A stretch of 64,000 nucleotides of DNA from Lepidodermella squamata (Eukaryota > Animalia > Gastrotricha): assembly GCA_047495785.1 (NCBI GenBank), contig JBLDXI010000026.1:744001-808000 (forward strand). The letters run 5' to 3'. Position 1 is the stretch's first letter. Every line of letters starts with the position of its first letter. Shown in pieces: positions 25,441-37,990 of this stretch. Under the pieces are notes generated by a model, which saw nothing but the letters and a program-made list of their open reading frames with translations, ran no database searches and was not told the DNA's origin. Made by a program: the position numbers and the translations under genes.

Positions 25441-26905
25441 TTTTTACGTCTCGATTATTATTTCACAAAAAGCTCATCAAAACGTTTCTATATGACATTA
25501 TAGAACTGTCAGATAGCAACTTATGTCGGCTTTAATAGGAAAAGTACGCGGTTGGACTTTGCCCGCTATCGATCCACGAGTAACAATAAGATGAAAAACT
25601 ACTACGTGTTAATCGATAACGCCCTTATAAAAGACACACACCTGTGATGAGTTGAGCGAGAACGTAGGGGGTTCAAAACCTGACTTGTGCGAGCGTGTGC
25701 TAAAAAGCTCAGACGTGAAGATGAATTCAATTTCACAGCGATTCGTCCTGATAATTAGGGTGACTTGAAAAATGTTATATGGGGCCACATACCTATATCG
25801 ACCATATCTACTTTTATTAGCGGCTTCAACACTGATTGATGTTGGGTGTTTTGTTCGAAGACTAAATTAACTTCAGCCGCGGCATTATTGTGGCGTCATA
25901 ATCGAGAAACGTATCTAATCTCTAATTTTTTCGAATTGTTGGTGTGGACAAATTTTCGCCTAAAAATAGATAGGTTTCTTGAAAGGTGATACCTTCTGAA
26001 ATCAGCGCGCTTTGAAATTATCCTGGGATAACCTGGGTGGGGAGAACATTTTTTTGAAGTTAATAGCCACTATCTAAATTTCAAGATACGCCAACGCCCA
26101 GATTTCTCTCGGGCCTAAAATAATTTTTATCCACGGGAAAGGAAAACCGCTTTTCGAATTCGGGCGAGTGGGGGTTTTAGCGTAGATTCCAGGTCAAATT
26201 TGCGACGAGGTGAGTTTTTCGGTCAAGTTACCAGGGCAAAAAATCCAATTTTTCATGATGCGGACAAATTTTAAATTTAATTAAATATGAGTTTTTGAAT
26301 CGGAGGCATTCCAGGTGTAGGATTTGGATGGGTTGGTTTTTTTGAGGCGCTAAATACCTTTGATTTCAGGTCAATAATCTAATGTCGATGAGCTGGCTCC
26401 TAGAATGGAATTCAGATCATATTTTTTAGGCTAATTTTCGCCCAAAGCTGTAAATCATTCCTTAGAAACTGATCGAAATGATGATTCACAGAAGCGCCGT
26501 GACTTCAAGGTGAAACTCTACTTATATAATCAGCGAAATTTTCTGAAATTCGCAGCAAATTTACAGCTTCTGGGTACAGAAAATATTTATCCTGAATGGA
26601 AATTTGATGGTTTAAAGAGGGCTTAGAACGATGGGCTAATTCGCGTTTATAGTATATTAAAAATTATACCGTGAGACAGCTGTCAAAATAAAACTTCTGT
26701 ATGTTTTGCAAATTTTATTCTTCGCATGCTGATATTGGCGGTATAGTAAGGTACATATACATAATATTATTCAGTTGTTTAATCCGGACTGGTCTAATCG
26801 GATGAAACTTTCTCTTCTGAGCCAGAAGACAAGCATGATTCAGAAATAATTTTCAAGCAAAAAAAGCATGTTTATTTTGCCATAAAAAAATATCCATCAG
26901 TTCAA

Positions 26906-27199
26906 TCAGAAGAGACTGTGATCGATGGCCAGTTTGCTTTCACTTGGATTCGTGTAATAGTCTTGCGACAAGCGGCGCCAAAGCGGGCCCAGTCCAATAA
27001 TGTCCCACTTTTTCTTTACTCGATCAAAATTTTGAAGCCTGATAGAAAAAAATGCGATTTTTTCGGAATATATTAGGAATATTTAAAAAGTGTCTTACGA
27101 TGAAGAATCCTCAAATGCTCCATTTTCTAAAGCCATTGCTCGTTCTAGATGAACGAGGCAAATAACCAGAACTATCAAATATGTCGCAGAAGATGCCAT
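26906..27199 (-). CDS. Small secreted prepropeptide (candidate peptide WDIIGLGPLW between KK and RR)
   Basis: MASSATYLIVLVICLVHLERAMALENGAFEDSS|SLQNFDRVKKKWDIIGLGPLWRRLSQDYY...SLF*; phase-2 intron. Confidence 0.72.
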
Positions 27200-27384
27200 T
27201 TTTTGCCAAAAATCGACAGCATGAAAAACGAACACAAATTTAAGTGACTCCGTGACGTGAATATTTCGTGACATTTTATCTTTCGATACTGCTAACTTGA
27301 TAATATTGACATATGGCATGGAGAATCGAAAGCTTTGGCGATGAAATTTTCTCACGAGATAATTCAGTTTATTTTCGATCAAAA

Positions 27385-27650
27385 ATGCGTTTAACCTGCT
27401 TTATCGGTGTCTTTTTAATTGTAGCGAGTCTGGTCATTTTCTGGCCGGGTGGTGGTACCAATCAGGTGGCAGCGTTTGCCGCCAGAAGCAGCCGCTTCCG
27501 ACTGTCAGCATTTCGCCCTCGAACGTACTTTTGAAATTCAGCTGAAAAAAATGAATTCAGCCTTGTTTTTTATATAGGAAGCGCATTAGAACCACATTGG
27601 TGCGACAGCGACTATTGCCAAGTAAAAGCTCGTGGCATTCACCCTCGTGA
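27385..27650 (+). CDS. Small secreted cationic prepropeptide with furin-type RTKR site
   Basis: MRLTCFIGVFLIVASLVIFWPGG...FRPRT|KRIRTTLVRQRLLPSKSSWHSPS*; phase-2 intron right before KR; head-to-head with the previous gene. Confidence 0.65.
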
Positions 27651-27777
27651 AGAGTCTGTAAACTTGATGAAAACCGGACAGTATATATATAAACGCCTAA
27701 TTTCATGAAAATAAAACATGACCTAATACTTTATTTTTCGCCAAGTTTTTTTTGTACAGGAAGCCTTTGCGTTATTA

Positions 27778-27924
27778 AACAGTGGACGTCTGAAAACGGA
27801 CCTGAAACGTCCATTTCACCATGAGAATGTCGTCGCTGATAGAACGTCCCTCGAACGTCCACTGCGCAAATCTCTCAGAACGTCCATACAATCTTCAAAG
27901 TTATCTTTTGAAGGTCCACTGTTT
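27778..27924. repeat. Small inverted-repeat element with internal (A)ACGTCC/GGAC repeats
   Basis: AAACAGTGGAC ... GTCCACTGTTT termini and repeated GAACGTCC. Confidence 0.55.
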
Positions 27925-29221
27925 TCAATTGAAACCTGATCACGAAACCGAAACACGTGATTCTAGACATGGTTGTAGACAGGAAAAGTTACATTTTTGT
28001 ACGTGATTGCGGCAGACACAATGGACGTATGGAACGGACTTGTATAAGGTCCATTCCTCCTTATAGAAATGTCGCTCGTTTTTCTCACTCGTCCGTTATC
28101 GATCAAAAATTGCACATCGCAACGTCCACATCGACACGTGAGAGCTAACGATGAAGATGTCCTTTTTCTCAGCGAAATTTCCGATAAATATTCCAAAAAA
28201 CCTTCTTGCCAAATAGTTGTTTATTCAAGAGCAAAAATCCAACGATCGATTTTACAATTCAGTGCTTATTTTTCTGATAAATCACCAGTCTTTGATGCCG
28301 ATATTGAGAAAGTGCATCGGTATCGATGAAAAAAGGAAAAAGTCAGATTCACAAATTGAACGCAAAAATTCAGTCCTGCGCGAGCTAAATGACTACCCAA
28401 GCAGCTGCTGACCGATATAGCAAAATCGATCTTAAAGGACTCGATCCATATATATTTCAATCATAAAAAACAAGCACTGTGTCTATGGCAACTCGATTGT
28501 TAAATTAGGCAGTCCACATTTTTAATAAATGTTTATCTCTCTATTAGACCCAAAAACCGAGTCCACAGGTCATTTTGCCTTCATGCATTTTAGATGCTAA
28601 TTGGAGTGCAAATTTGCGCTTCAAATATAATTGACGAGAAAATAGGTACATATACTTACAGGTATATCAAAGTGCAAATTTAGTTACGATTTTGTTTCAA
28701 AAAATTTCCGATATTTTTTTCTGCTAGCGATGCAACGATTTAGTCGATAATTCTTTCGTCCATGTTTGTACCTATTCTTGGAAAAATTCGAGAGATATTT
28801 TGAATAAAATCCACGCTGTCCCAGTAATGTTTTCTAGAATTTGATTTTCAAAATCAGAATCGTCGAATTTCAGCAAGATGAACTTTGCATAATTCAATAA
28901 CTACTTGAAATCCGTAGAAAGCAGCATAATCCAATATATTGCGTGGTATAACGTACATTGGTACACCTTTTTTTATCTGTCGGCCTACCTTTGCTTTGCC
29001 GATTTAATTTAGGAGAAATGCCGAAGCAACAACATGCCACATGCATAGTACAAAGCTGTCAATTTTTTATTCTGATCCAATCATCGATCGGGACTTCTTT
29101 CCAATCCAATGAAAATCCAATGAACCCTAGTCATACTTCTGTGTCTCCCAGCCTCTTTGGTTGCGGCTCTTGCAGTATGGTAGGGCAAATTTCGAATGCC
29201 CCCATTTCAGAGCATTAGGGT

Positions 29222-31692
29222 AAGTTCGTACCAGTAAATTCGTATCGTGGTCCTTTCGTACTAATACATTCTCATATCATGTCATTTTCATTTCGTGATC
29301 AATTTATGCCAGGAAAAGAGACCTTTTTGCCCGTGAGTTCGCCCGTGCTTCAACGAGTTGAGTTAAGAGCGGTTACATTTTCGATCACTTTGCGTACGTT
29401 TTGAGTGGAATCGGAACTATAAAATCTTACATTTTGGCCTCTCCTTAATCATAATTTTGCAATTACATACTAAATAAAAAATTTGTGAAACATTTAGGCG
29501 GTTCTATGACCTAGTTTCGGGCTGCGCGCGCTCAGCCAATTAGCGTGACCTCTATTGAGTTAATTATTACTTGAACTAGTCATTACTAATATGCTTGTTG
29601 CTAATTTCTACAATTATGTGCGTGTATTAGGGTAGGGTGAGATCATCGAAAGAAAGTCTAAAAATTCTGAAATTAATTTTTCGTAGAATTTTTATCGACT
29701 TTTAACCGGCGTGGAAGTTCAAAATCGCCGCGTCGCATATTACACAGTAGGTCTGCGCTTATGTTGGACTGTGCGCTTTAAAAGTTAGCACATTGCTTGG
29801 AAAACGCGTCCCTCGTGTTTATCAGTGCCTAAACGTGTCTAGCTGGGGGCGACTACACTGTAAAAAATAGGGTGCTGATTACCCTGGGTATTTACCCTTT
29901 TTCAATTTTTTGAGGGGTAAATGCTCTCGCCGATTCCTTTGTGGTAATTCGCTCCAAGGTAAAAGTGGGGTAAATACCCTTGGGTGGTAATTAACTGTGG
30001 CAATTCTTTTCTTGGGTGGCAATCTAAGGGCAATCACCCTCGCGCAAATTTGTTAATTCTATTTCAATAAATAAATTATTTATTTGATTTTTAATTATGA
30101 AATATTAGTGTTATAAACCTCTAAAACATGTTAGCATAAGTAAAAAAAGTTGAGGATAAACTCTGGTAAATGTCTCATGGTCGAGGATGGTCAAAACAAA
30201 ATGACATCCTGAGTCTGAATTTTACCGTATACCTTCGTATGTGCAGCGCTGATATGATGCGCAGTAAGATCCTTTCAGAGATTTTGATATCGATTTTGCA
30301 GCCACCTGAGCCAGGCAAAAAGGTCCCTTAATAAATTAGAAGTCCCTCCCTGATAATACGGTAGATACGGTATACCGTAGCCGAGTTATTTCAGGGTTGG
30401 ATTTTAAACATAAACAAAAATAACCAATAATCGCAGCTAATTGTCAAGATCTATGGGATGACGCAAAATTTCAGCTAATTTTAGTGCCGGCAACGTGGCT
30501 AGCATCGCCAACTCTCTAAAATCGTTCTTCAATTGGATTCTAGATTATAGCTCTCAATTAGTAACAGGGTCCTCGCTAAATCTTAATCAAATAAATCTAA
30601 ATGAAATGACTGGTTCAACTCAATTTAAAACTGCAATTCCTAAGCAATTAATCAAAGCAATTAAGAAGCTCCACCTAGTCAATAGTCAAGTCGGTTTCAC
30701 CTTTTTAAAATATCACCTCCACTCAATCAGCAGTGGCTTCCCAATTGAGCTAGCGCTATTCGGTGGTGCAACTTTGGAGTATCAACTTTATCGATTTGCT
30801 TTGCGAAATGACTTGCATTCAATCTCATAACTCAAATCAGCCGAATTCTAAAAAATGGCTGAACTCAGCCTAGTGCATATGCAAATCAGTCGATTCGCTC
30901 GTAAGCGCTGCTGCATAGAAAGGCCTCCTTGCTAAAAACTAGCTCTAATCATTCATTTGCAATGTGAAATGAAAAGAAGACAATTGAAAAAGTAAATATC
31001 GCGCGCAAGTCAAGTTGCAGGTTTCCGTGTTATAGGTGTGTTAAGGGTGTTACGTTTTCCGGTGTTATCAAAGGTAACCCGGTGGCCTTTGGTGCCATCC
31101 GGATACCTTGGGACCCTCCTTATTAATTCGAATAATTAATTATTTAATTGAATAAGTTAAAATAATTTATTTGAATAATTATTCAAAAATAAATTCCAAA
31201 AAATTTAATTGAAATAATTAAGAATAATTTCAGGTTAATTACCCCTCAGCAATGAAAGACATGCTGGAAGATAATTACCCTCTCTGTGGTAAATAATCCT
31301 TACGAAAAAAACTCAGAGGAGTAATTTCAATGCACCCCGTGTGCATTTTACCCCCCAAGCGCCATACAATTGAATGGAGTAAATTCGGGGTAATCACCCC
31401 CCTATTTTTTACAGTGTATAGGATTTATGCAGTTTTTGTATATTCCATTGTAATTATTGATGATGGTGAAAGTGATCTCGATGATCAGGGAGATGACGGT
31501 GATGACGAGTGATAAATGAATTATAAAGCGTTAAATAAACACGAGACGAAATGGTCGCTACTTCATCTTTAATTGTTATGAAAATCACGAAATTGCCGTT
31601 TAAATTAAAGTTTTAAATTTTATTTTTTTACATGAGAATTTTACCATCTTATTACGAAATGACCACGGTGCGAATTTCTGGGTACGAAGCTA
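29222..31692. mobile_element. Old TIR element that hosts a nested insertion
   Basis: 29222-29260 (AGTTCGTACCAGTAAATTCGTATCGTGGTCCTTTCGTA) is an imperfect reverse complement of 31653-31692. Confidence 0.55.
29856..31416. mobile_element. 1.56-kb non-autonomous DNA transposon with CACTGTAAAAAATAGG TIRs and TA flanks (CACTA/EnSpm-like ends)
   Basis: ta|CACTGTAAAAAATAGGG ... CCCTATTTTTTACAGTG|ta, many subterminal TTACCC/GGGTAA repeats, no transposase ORF. Confidence 0.85.
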
Positions 31693-32857
31693 CTTTTTGC
31701 CTGTGGAGAATCCTACAAACTTTCGAAAAGATCATCAGGAGCATCTATTAGGGTAAACACGGAGCTATTGTAGATTTCCTAAAAAATTTCCTAAGCTTTC
31801 TGATGGGGTCGACTCTTTTAAGTTCTGAATTTTCTAGATTCTTCTTACGGGTTGCTGAACGCTTTTTATGACAATCCGACTAAAATCTTCCTTAACATTC
31901 TGTGTAACAATGCTTCAATGCTTAGTTGCAAATCATCTCACGTTTTTATCATTTTTTTGAAATTTCAGAAATCTCATTTATGCAAGTGCAAAGCTGGTCA
32001 TGAAAAAAATCGGTCATAATTCAGTGCCAATCGGGTCAGTGCGCGGGCCGCAATAAATTTTTAATCCGCAATCCACGCAAACAACATTCCTTGAAATAGA
32101 AGAAATTAAAAATCGGTGTTTGCTCACGGAGCAATTCAACAAATGCCGTTGCGAATATTATTATCATGTAAAAACGCAAGTTGATGATGAATTTCATCGA
32201 TCGGAACTGAAAGATTGCCAGCATCCACGCCTGAGAATATTGCGAACACCGAATAATGTATTTCCTCTTAATGCATTAGTTCTCGGTTCTCGGACAGTTG
32301 TTTTCGACAGGTGTAGCTGTGAAAACCAAACTGAGCAATGCAATGCAATTCATTTCCCCCATCGTCGTCTGCCTATCATGCTAAGCGGACGATTTTTTTT
32401 GTGGGCTACTATTTTTTGAAAATTGATCTCTTATACGAAGCCCGTCTGCCTCGCTTTTCTATGAAGGAATTTCAATCGAGTGCTAATCGATGTCTATAAT
32501 ATATGAAGAGTCAAAATTCACTCTCAAGGACGGGTCAGATTTGACGGCGTATGGTCAAATTTTATTTCATTATTATCGGAAAAATGCGAAGAATATTTCT
32601 GATATTTATGATTATCAAATTATTTCTCTCAGATTCCTGTCACGGCCCTATTTGTGATTTGCTTTATTATTATTTTGATGTCGACAAATATTTTTATATG
32701 CTGATTTCTTGACCCAGGACCCGCTGCTTGGTAACACTTTATTGGGGGTACTAAATGACGCAAGTGACTTTATAATAGCATGTCCTACTTCCGAATAATT
32801 TTGCGTGCGATAAACAGGAAAAATCAGAATATTTCGTCTTTTTTCCAGGAATTTATT

Positions 32858-33212
32858 ATGGCTAGATTTTCTTTGTATTTTCCGATTTTTCTCCTGGCAC
32901 TGTTTTGCGCCATCGAAATTACCCTGGCTTGGAACGTTGCGTTCGGCGATACCGACGAGTCTGACGATGAAAACCTGCAAATAGTTAGAGATCGACCTGC
33001 AATGTTAGTAATTTCCAAAAATTTCGAAAAAAATCATTAAAATTTCAAAAAATTTCTTTAGTTTCGAAGACGATGAAGCAAGTGCCAATGATATCAGTGA
33101 CGACGGCGATGATGATGAGGAAATCCCGGCACCACTTTGGCTCGTCCAAAAACGCTACAACCCGTACCAAGTTCGCGTGCAGCCGGTTGGCTTTCGGCAG
33201 AAAATCGGCTAA
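32858..33212 (+). CDS. Prepropeptide: signal, very acidic propeptide, KR, then YNPYQVRVQPVGFRQKI-amide
   Basis: MARFSLYFPIFLLALFCAIEITLA-WNVAFGDTDESDDE...PA|IFEDDEASANDISDDGDDDEE...VQKR-YNPYQVRVQPVGFRQKIG*; upstream TATA-like site and downstream AATAAA. Confidence 0.85.
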
Positions 33213-33415
33213 AATTTGTCTATATTAATTAATCATCACGCGGCGAAAAAATCATGATTTTCAATTGAATTATGTCTTTGACAGTTTATGAGAATAAAAT
33301 TATGCTTCGCTTGTTTTAACTTGGAAATTCTTATTTTGAATCACGCAACGATTTTAAGAGTGAGATCCTCAATCCCGAGTCATTTCTACCAAAATTTAAA
33401 AATCATCAAAAAAAC

Positions 33416-33717
33416 ATGAAATCCACCTTATTTTGCGTTCTTTTCATTGCGGCCCTTCTGCCGGCTAATTTAGTATATTGCTTCGATTTTGTTGAGAACG
33501 AACTCAATGAACGGTAAGAAACTTCATATTGAAAAAATTCACTCATTTGGAAGGAAATAATACATTTTTTTACCACTACAGTACACCTGAGCTATTTGGC
33601 GAGACTTTTAAACGCTTTTACCCAGCTGCTCTTTACGGCAGTAGACCCCATATCGGCACGGCTAAGCGACGTTGGTCACCTGGACTGGCCGCATCTCTTC
33701 ATAAGCAATTTGATTGA
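33416..33717 (+). CDS. Prepropeptide (FYPAALYGSRPHIGTA; RWSPGLAASLHKQFD)
   Basis: MKSTLFCVLFIAALLPANLVYC-FDFVENELNE|RTPELFGETFKR-FYPAALYGSRPHIGTA-KR-RWSPGLAASLHKQFD*. Confidence 0.82.
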
Positions 33718-34136
33718 AAATGGGACATCTAATGCTAATGTCTACAAGTCGCAACTTTAACACTTAAAAAGTCTTGCTTATAAAATTATAATTAACTTTA
33801 ATAAACTAATTAGCAAATTATACTTTTTATCATAAATAAAATTACAGATTGAGACATTTATTATTTTTTTTTATCATCTCCGTAATGAGGACAGGATCTG
33901 GGACACATTTTGCATAAAATTCTCTGTCTCATTATATAGCCTTTTTGGATCGAAAATCGATTTTCGGAAAAAGTTGAATGCAGCGCGACTTCGGGCTTCG
34001 TTTTGGGAACCCCTAATATCTCTGTAATGACTCTGTGATGGTAATTTCGGGCAAAAACTGATTTTTGTCCTTCAACCTCAATTTATTTTACGATCGCAAA
34101 ACTTTGAATGGGCGTGACCTACAAAATATTTATATA

Positions 34137-34612
34137 TGACCGTGTTAACAAATGAAAAGTGGTTCTCACTCAGTTTGTCTTGGTGGGGATTTTAAAATTT
34201 AAAATTGCAGACCTCGGCTATGCTCTCATTCTCCTTTTATAGAAGACTGGAAACACCAAAGTGTCGCTTCCGACTAGCTTGCTTCCTCCTACTTTTCGAA
34301 TATCCAGCGAAATTCCTCATCTCAGATTACCCTAAAATATGTCGCGAAAAGTAAATGACATCGGAATTATTGCGTGGGGGATTATCAGTTGATGCAATAA
34401 AAACCTCAATTTGTTTATAAGCGCGCATTCATCAAAATTCGCATTTTTTGCTAATATAGTCAGCTTTGAAGACCATTTTCTCTTCAACCTCAATAGCTAT
34501 CAATAAATTTTTTATATTGTTCGACTCCTCGTTAATTGATCTCGAAATTGGCATCAAAATCTCCCCCTGTCCAAAATTTCGCAAAATCCCACTTTTCACT
34601 TGTTAACGGTCA
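34137..34612. mobile_element. MITE with TG...CA ends flanked by TATA
   Basis: tata|TGACCGTGTTAACAAATGAAAAGTGG ... CCACTTTTCACTTGTTAACGGTCA|tata. Confidence 0.75.
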
Positions 34613-34975
34613 TATATGACAGGGCGGTTGTGACGTCAAGTTCTAGATTTTAGGCTAATATGTTGAGCCTCTGTGTCCTAGTACCTTGTACCAACCAGCC
34701 TATCGTCTAGCCCAAGCGACATAAGGTTATTTCGTGTATGCGCCCTGGCTTTGAGATACGGGTTTCGATTTTCACCAATTAAATTCGCGTGAAATTTGGC
34801 ATATGCGACACTCTATTTGCGAATTGTAATTACAATAATGCAACATGCAATTATAAGCTTCTTATAAAAATAGCCCTAGTATAAATATAGAAGCATCTTG
34901 CTAAATAACCGCCCACAATTTTTGCTTTCTTTATCACTTGTATCACCACATATCGTAGGAAATTTTTTCTCGAAG

Positions 34976-35528
34976 ATGAAATCAGCTATATTTTGCCTAT
35001 TCGTCGTTGCTATTCTCCTGCCTAGCCAGATTATTCAAGCTTTCGACATGCTGGATGAACTCGAGGAAAGGTGAGATTAAAGATCACTCCCTAAAATATT
35101 TAAAAAATTTGAGAATTGCCAGAAAAATTAGAGAAGCTTGGCCAAAAATTTGATAATGCAAAATGTATCTCAAGGAGATTAATTTATTTTTAATTTATTT
35201 TGCCAAGCCAGTGCAGCCGATTTCTCTTTTCATTCTTTTCACTTTTCCTAATTAATCAATTCCTAATTAATAATATATTTTTATCACTGGCTTTCCGCAG
35301 TTTGACTAAAATAAATATCAAATTTTCTCGAATTTTCTCGTTAACAGGGATCCGGAATTTTTCGGCGAAAAGTTCCATAAAAGGTTCCTGCCAATGAGCT
35401 ACTACGACCCGAGAGCTGGAGCCGTTGCAGACGTCGGCAAACGTAAGCAAACGTCGGCAACCGTCGGCAAACGGCAGTGGTTTGCGACAAATAACAAAGC
35501 TATGCGCGACGCTCTGGTCGGAAACTAA
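34976..35528 (+). CDS. Neuropeptide-like precursor with two GKR amidation sites (paralog of the 33416 gene); exons 34976-35070 and 35348-35528
   Basis: MKSAIFCLFVVAILLPSQIIQA-FDMLDELEE|RDPEFFGEKFHKR-FLPMSYYDPRAGAVADV-GKR-KQTSATV-GKR-QWFATNNKAMRDALVGN*. Confidence 0.87.
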
Positions 35529-36651
35529 AATAAATTGTTCTTCCTATTTCAATGTAAAAGAATGAACTATAACGATTTTTTCATAGTAATTGTCGATTTT
35601 TTTTATCAAAAAGGAATTTCCTCTAATTTTTGCTAATTTAACTAAGAATGTCGAATAAAAAATGGCAATTTAATACGTAATTATTAATTTTCTTAGTGAA
35701 AGTAAGCAAGGTGATTCACCTGATCGGATATCTATTTCTTAAACTCCACTATTTTAAGAAAAAATTACGAACTTTTTCCTTATCGAAACATTTTATTTCG
35801 ATAGAGAGAAATCGCTGAAAACTCAATTTTTTACCATATACGTTACGACACCTGAGCGATTATCTCAAAAACGCTGATGGTTAAGAAGCCGCTCTCAAAG
35901 AAAAATGTCATCAACGACACGAGATCTACCTATAGTTATGCATTCAGCCTTTGTTGACGAATGATTGTTTTTTTTGCAAAATCGATCATTTTGATGACAC
36001 TTAATTTGGTGGGACAAAAAGTCATGGCTCATCGCCAAGCCTACGATGATGAGACACCCTGATTGTCTTACGATCAGCTCTCAGCTGTCCGCTGTCCGCT
36101 GTCTCTGAGCTGAGACGATTAGTCTCCCTACAGGAATTTCCGGATATTTTCGCGGTAGCTTTCACAGGCAAAATTGTGTCAACCGGACTATAAGATAGTG
36201 CCAGCAGCCGATAATGTCCAGGCTAAAAATGTCCAGACTAGTCGGGTTATAGGCAGCGTACTCGATGTTCAGTATAAGCATGTTTTCTGACGTGAACGAT
36301 TGATTTCAAGTCGAAATTTCACAGTGATGAATTTTTGTTATTCTCAAGTTTTATCAAATTTCACCCCCGCAACCTCTCCCCTATAGCTCGGAAGCGATCG
36401 AAACGAAGGTTGTAAACAGCCGGAACCGGACTTGCGAGCCTTCCCAGAGCTAGAAAAGTACGTTTTAACCGAGAAATGTCCACACTTTTTCTGCGAAAGA
36501 GAGCAACTAGGGAAGCCGTAAGATTTTACAGCAGAAATTCCGGTTTTTAGAAGACTGGACGTCAAACAAAACTATCGCTGTATTAAAATTAATAACGCCC
36601 AATTATTTATATTATTGCAATATTTTATTAAAACCCTTAGCGGGTCTCACT

Positions 36652-37037
36652 GGTTCTATGTCAATTGAGCAAACGAAAATTGAGCAACGAAAGTAGAGCA
36701 AGGACTTTTGAGCAACGATATTAGAGCAAACGAAATTAGAGCAAAACGACTTCTGAGCAAACGAAATTAGAGCAAAACGACTTTTGAGCAAAACGAGATT
36801 AGAGCAAAACGACACGAGAGCAAATTTTATTTAAAATAAACAACAGCTGCAATTAATTATTAAATTTGCTCTCGTGTCGTTTTGCTCTAATCTCGTTTTG
36901 CTCAAAAGTCGTTTTGCTCTAATTTCGTTTGCTCAGAAGTCGTTTTGCTCTAATTTCGTTTGCTCTAATATCGTTGCTCAAAAGTCCTTGCTCTACTTTC
37001 GTTGCTCAATTTTCGTTTGCTCAATTGACATAGAACC
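36652..37037. mobile_element. Young foldback-type MITE: 176-bp identical inverted arms built of ~14-15-bp GAGCAAA(A)CGA subrepeats, with 8-bp TSD GTCTCACT
   Basis: Arms 36652-36827 and 36862-37037; TSD at 36644-36651 and 37038-37045. Explains the twin ORFs MSFCSNLVLLK on opposite strands. Confidence 0.95.
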
Positions 37038-37242
37038 GTCTCACTTAGACTCCCTATTTGTACAGAAAAGTATTTTCAAAACTAACCCCAACCCAAACTG
37101 AGGAAAGCCCCGCCAGAATTAATAAAACAGCGTTCAATTTAAAAAATTCTGTATAAATCGTTGAAAAATAGTTAAAATATACCACATAATTATGTACAAA
37201 TAAGCACTTCGTATAATTAGTTAAATTTCAAATTCTTTCAAT

Positions 37243-37990
37243 TACCGTAACGAGTGGTAACTTTGGACAAAACGTGTTTTTCGAACATTAATAATCAGCC
37301 TTTGCTCCTAAATTTCTGAAATTATCACCAAAAGTGGGGGCGGTGATTTTTGAATTTAATGAAAATTTAAAAAATTTTGAGATTTTTACCTGACTTTTGG
37401 CAAATTGAAATGTGTTCTGCTAACTTTGGACAATTAGAGGGTAGTTTTGGACACTCATTTGCATATGCAGCAATTTCATTGCCATTTCATTGTGAATTAA
37501 CTGTTTTTCAGGGTTTCTCATTTAATCTTGGGTCAGATTTCGAAAAAAATTATGAACAGATGTGGCATCATCTGTTTCTCGGAAGTTGAATAAAAATTCG
37601 TTTCTGCGCACCCGCAAACAAACCGTCCAAAAGTGTCCAAAATTACCCCAATTTTCACCTGTTTTTCAGGTAAGTGCCCTGCTAAAACGCGCCGACGGAT
37701 TGCCATTTTTCCTTCAATTATAGGGAGAGTAAAGATAGGAGAATACTCTTGCCAACTTTTATTGAAAACTGTTGGATTTTTAGAAAGATAGAAGGGGGTC
37801 CTAAAACGGCACCCAAAGTCTAACTGCTTGCAACTTTTTCTGAAATCCGATTTCAGCTCCAAGCGTCTTGATTTTTATGTCAAACGAAAGCTGAAGAGAC
37901 GGAGAATTTTATGCAAAAACCCCCATGATTTAAACGTTCAACCCTGAAAAGCTAAACACCTGCAAAGCCGAAAGTGTCCAAAGTTACCGT
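37243..37990. mobile_element. Degenerate TIR element (GGTAACTTTGGACA ... TGTCCAAAGTTACC)
   Basis: Terminal inverted match plus internal copies (GTAGTTTTGGACACT, AGTGTCCAAAATTACC). Boundaries approximate. Confidence 0.6.

Noticed and set aside
30495-30830. 111-aa ORF inside the CACTG-ended element
   Set aside because: No ATG start and no transposase motifs; treated as non-coding filler.
36612-37101. Two near-identical ORFs (MSFCSNLVLLKSRF...) on opposite strands
   Set aside because: Artefact of the foldback element's inverted arms, not genes.
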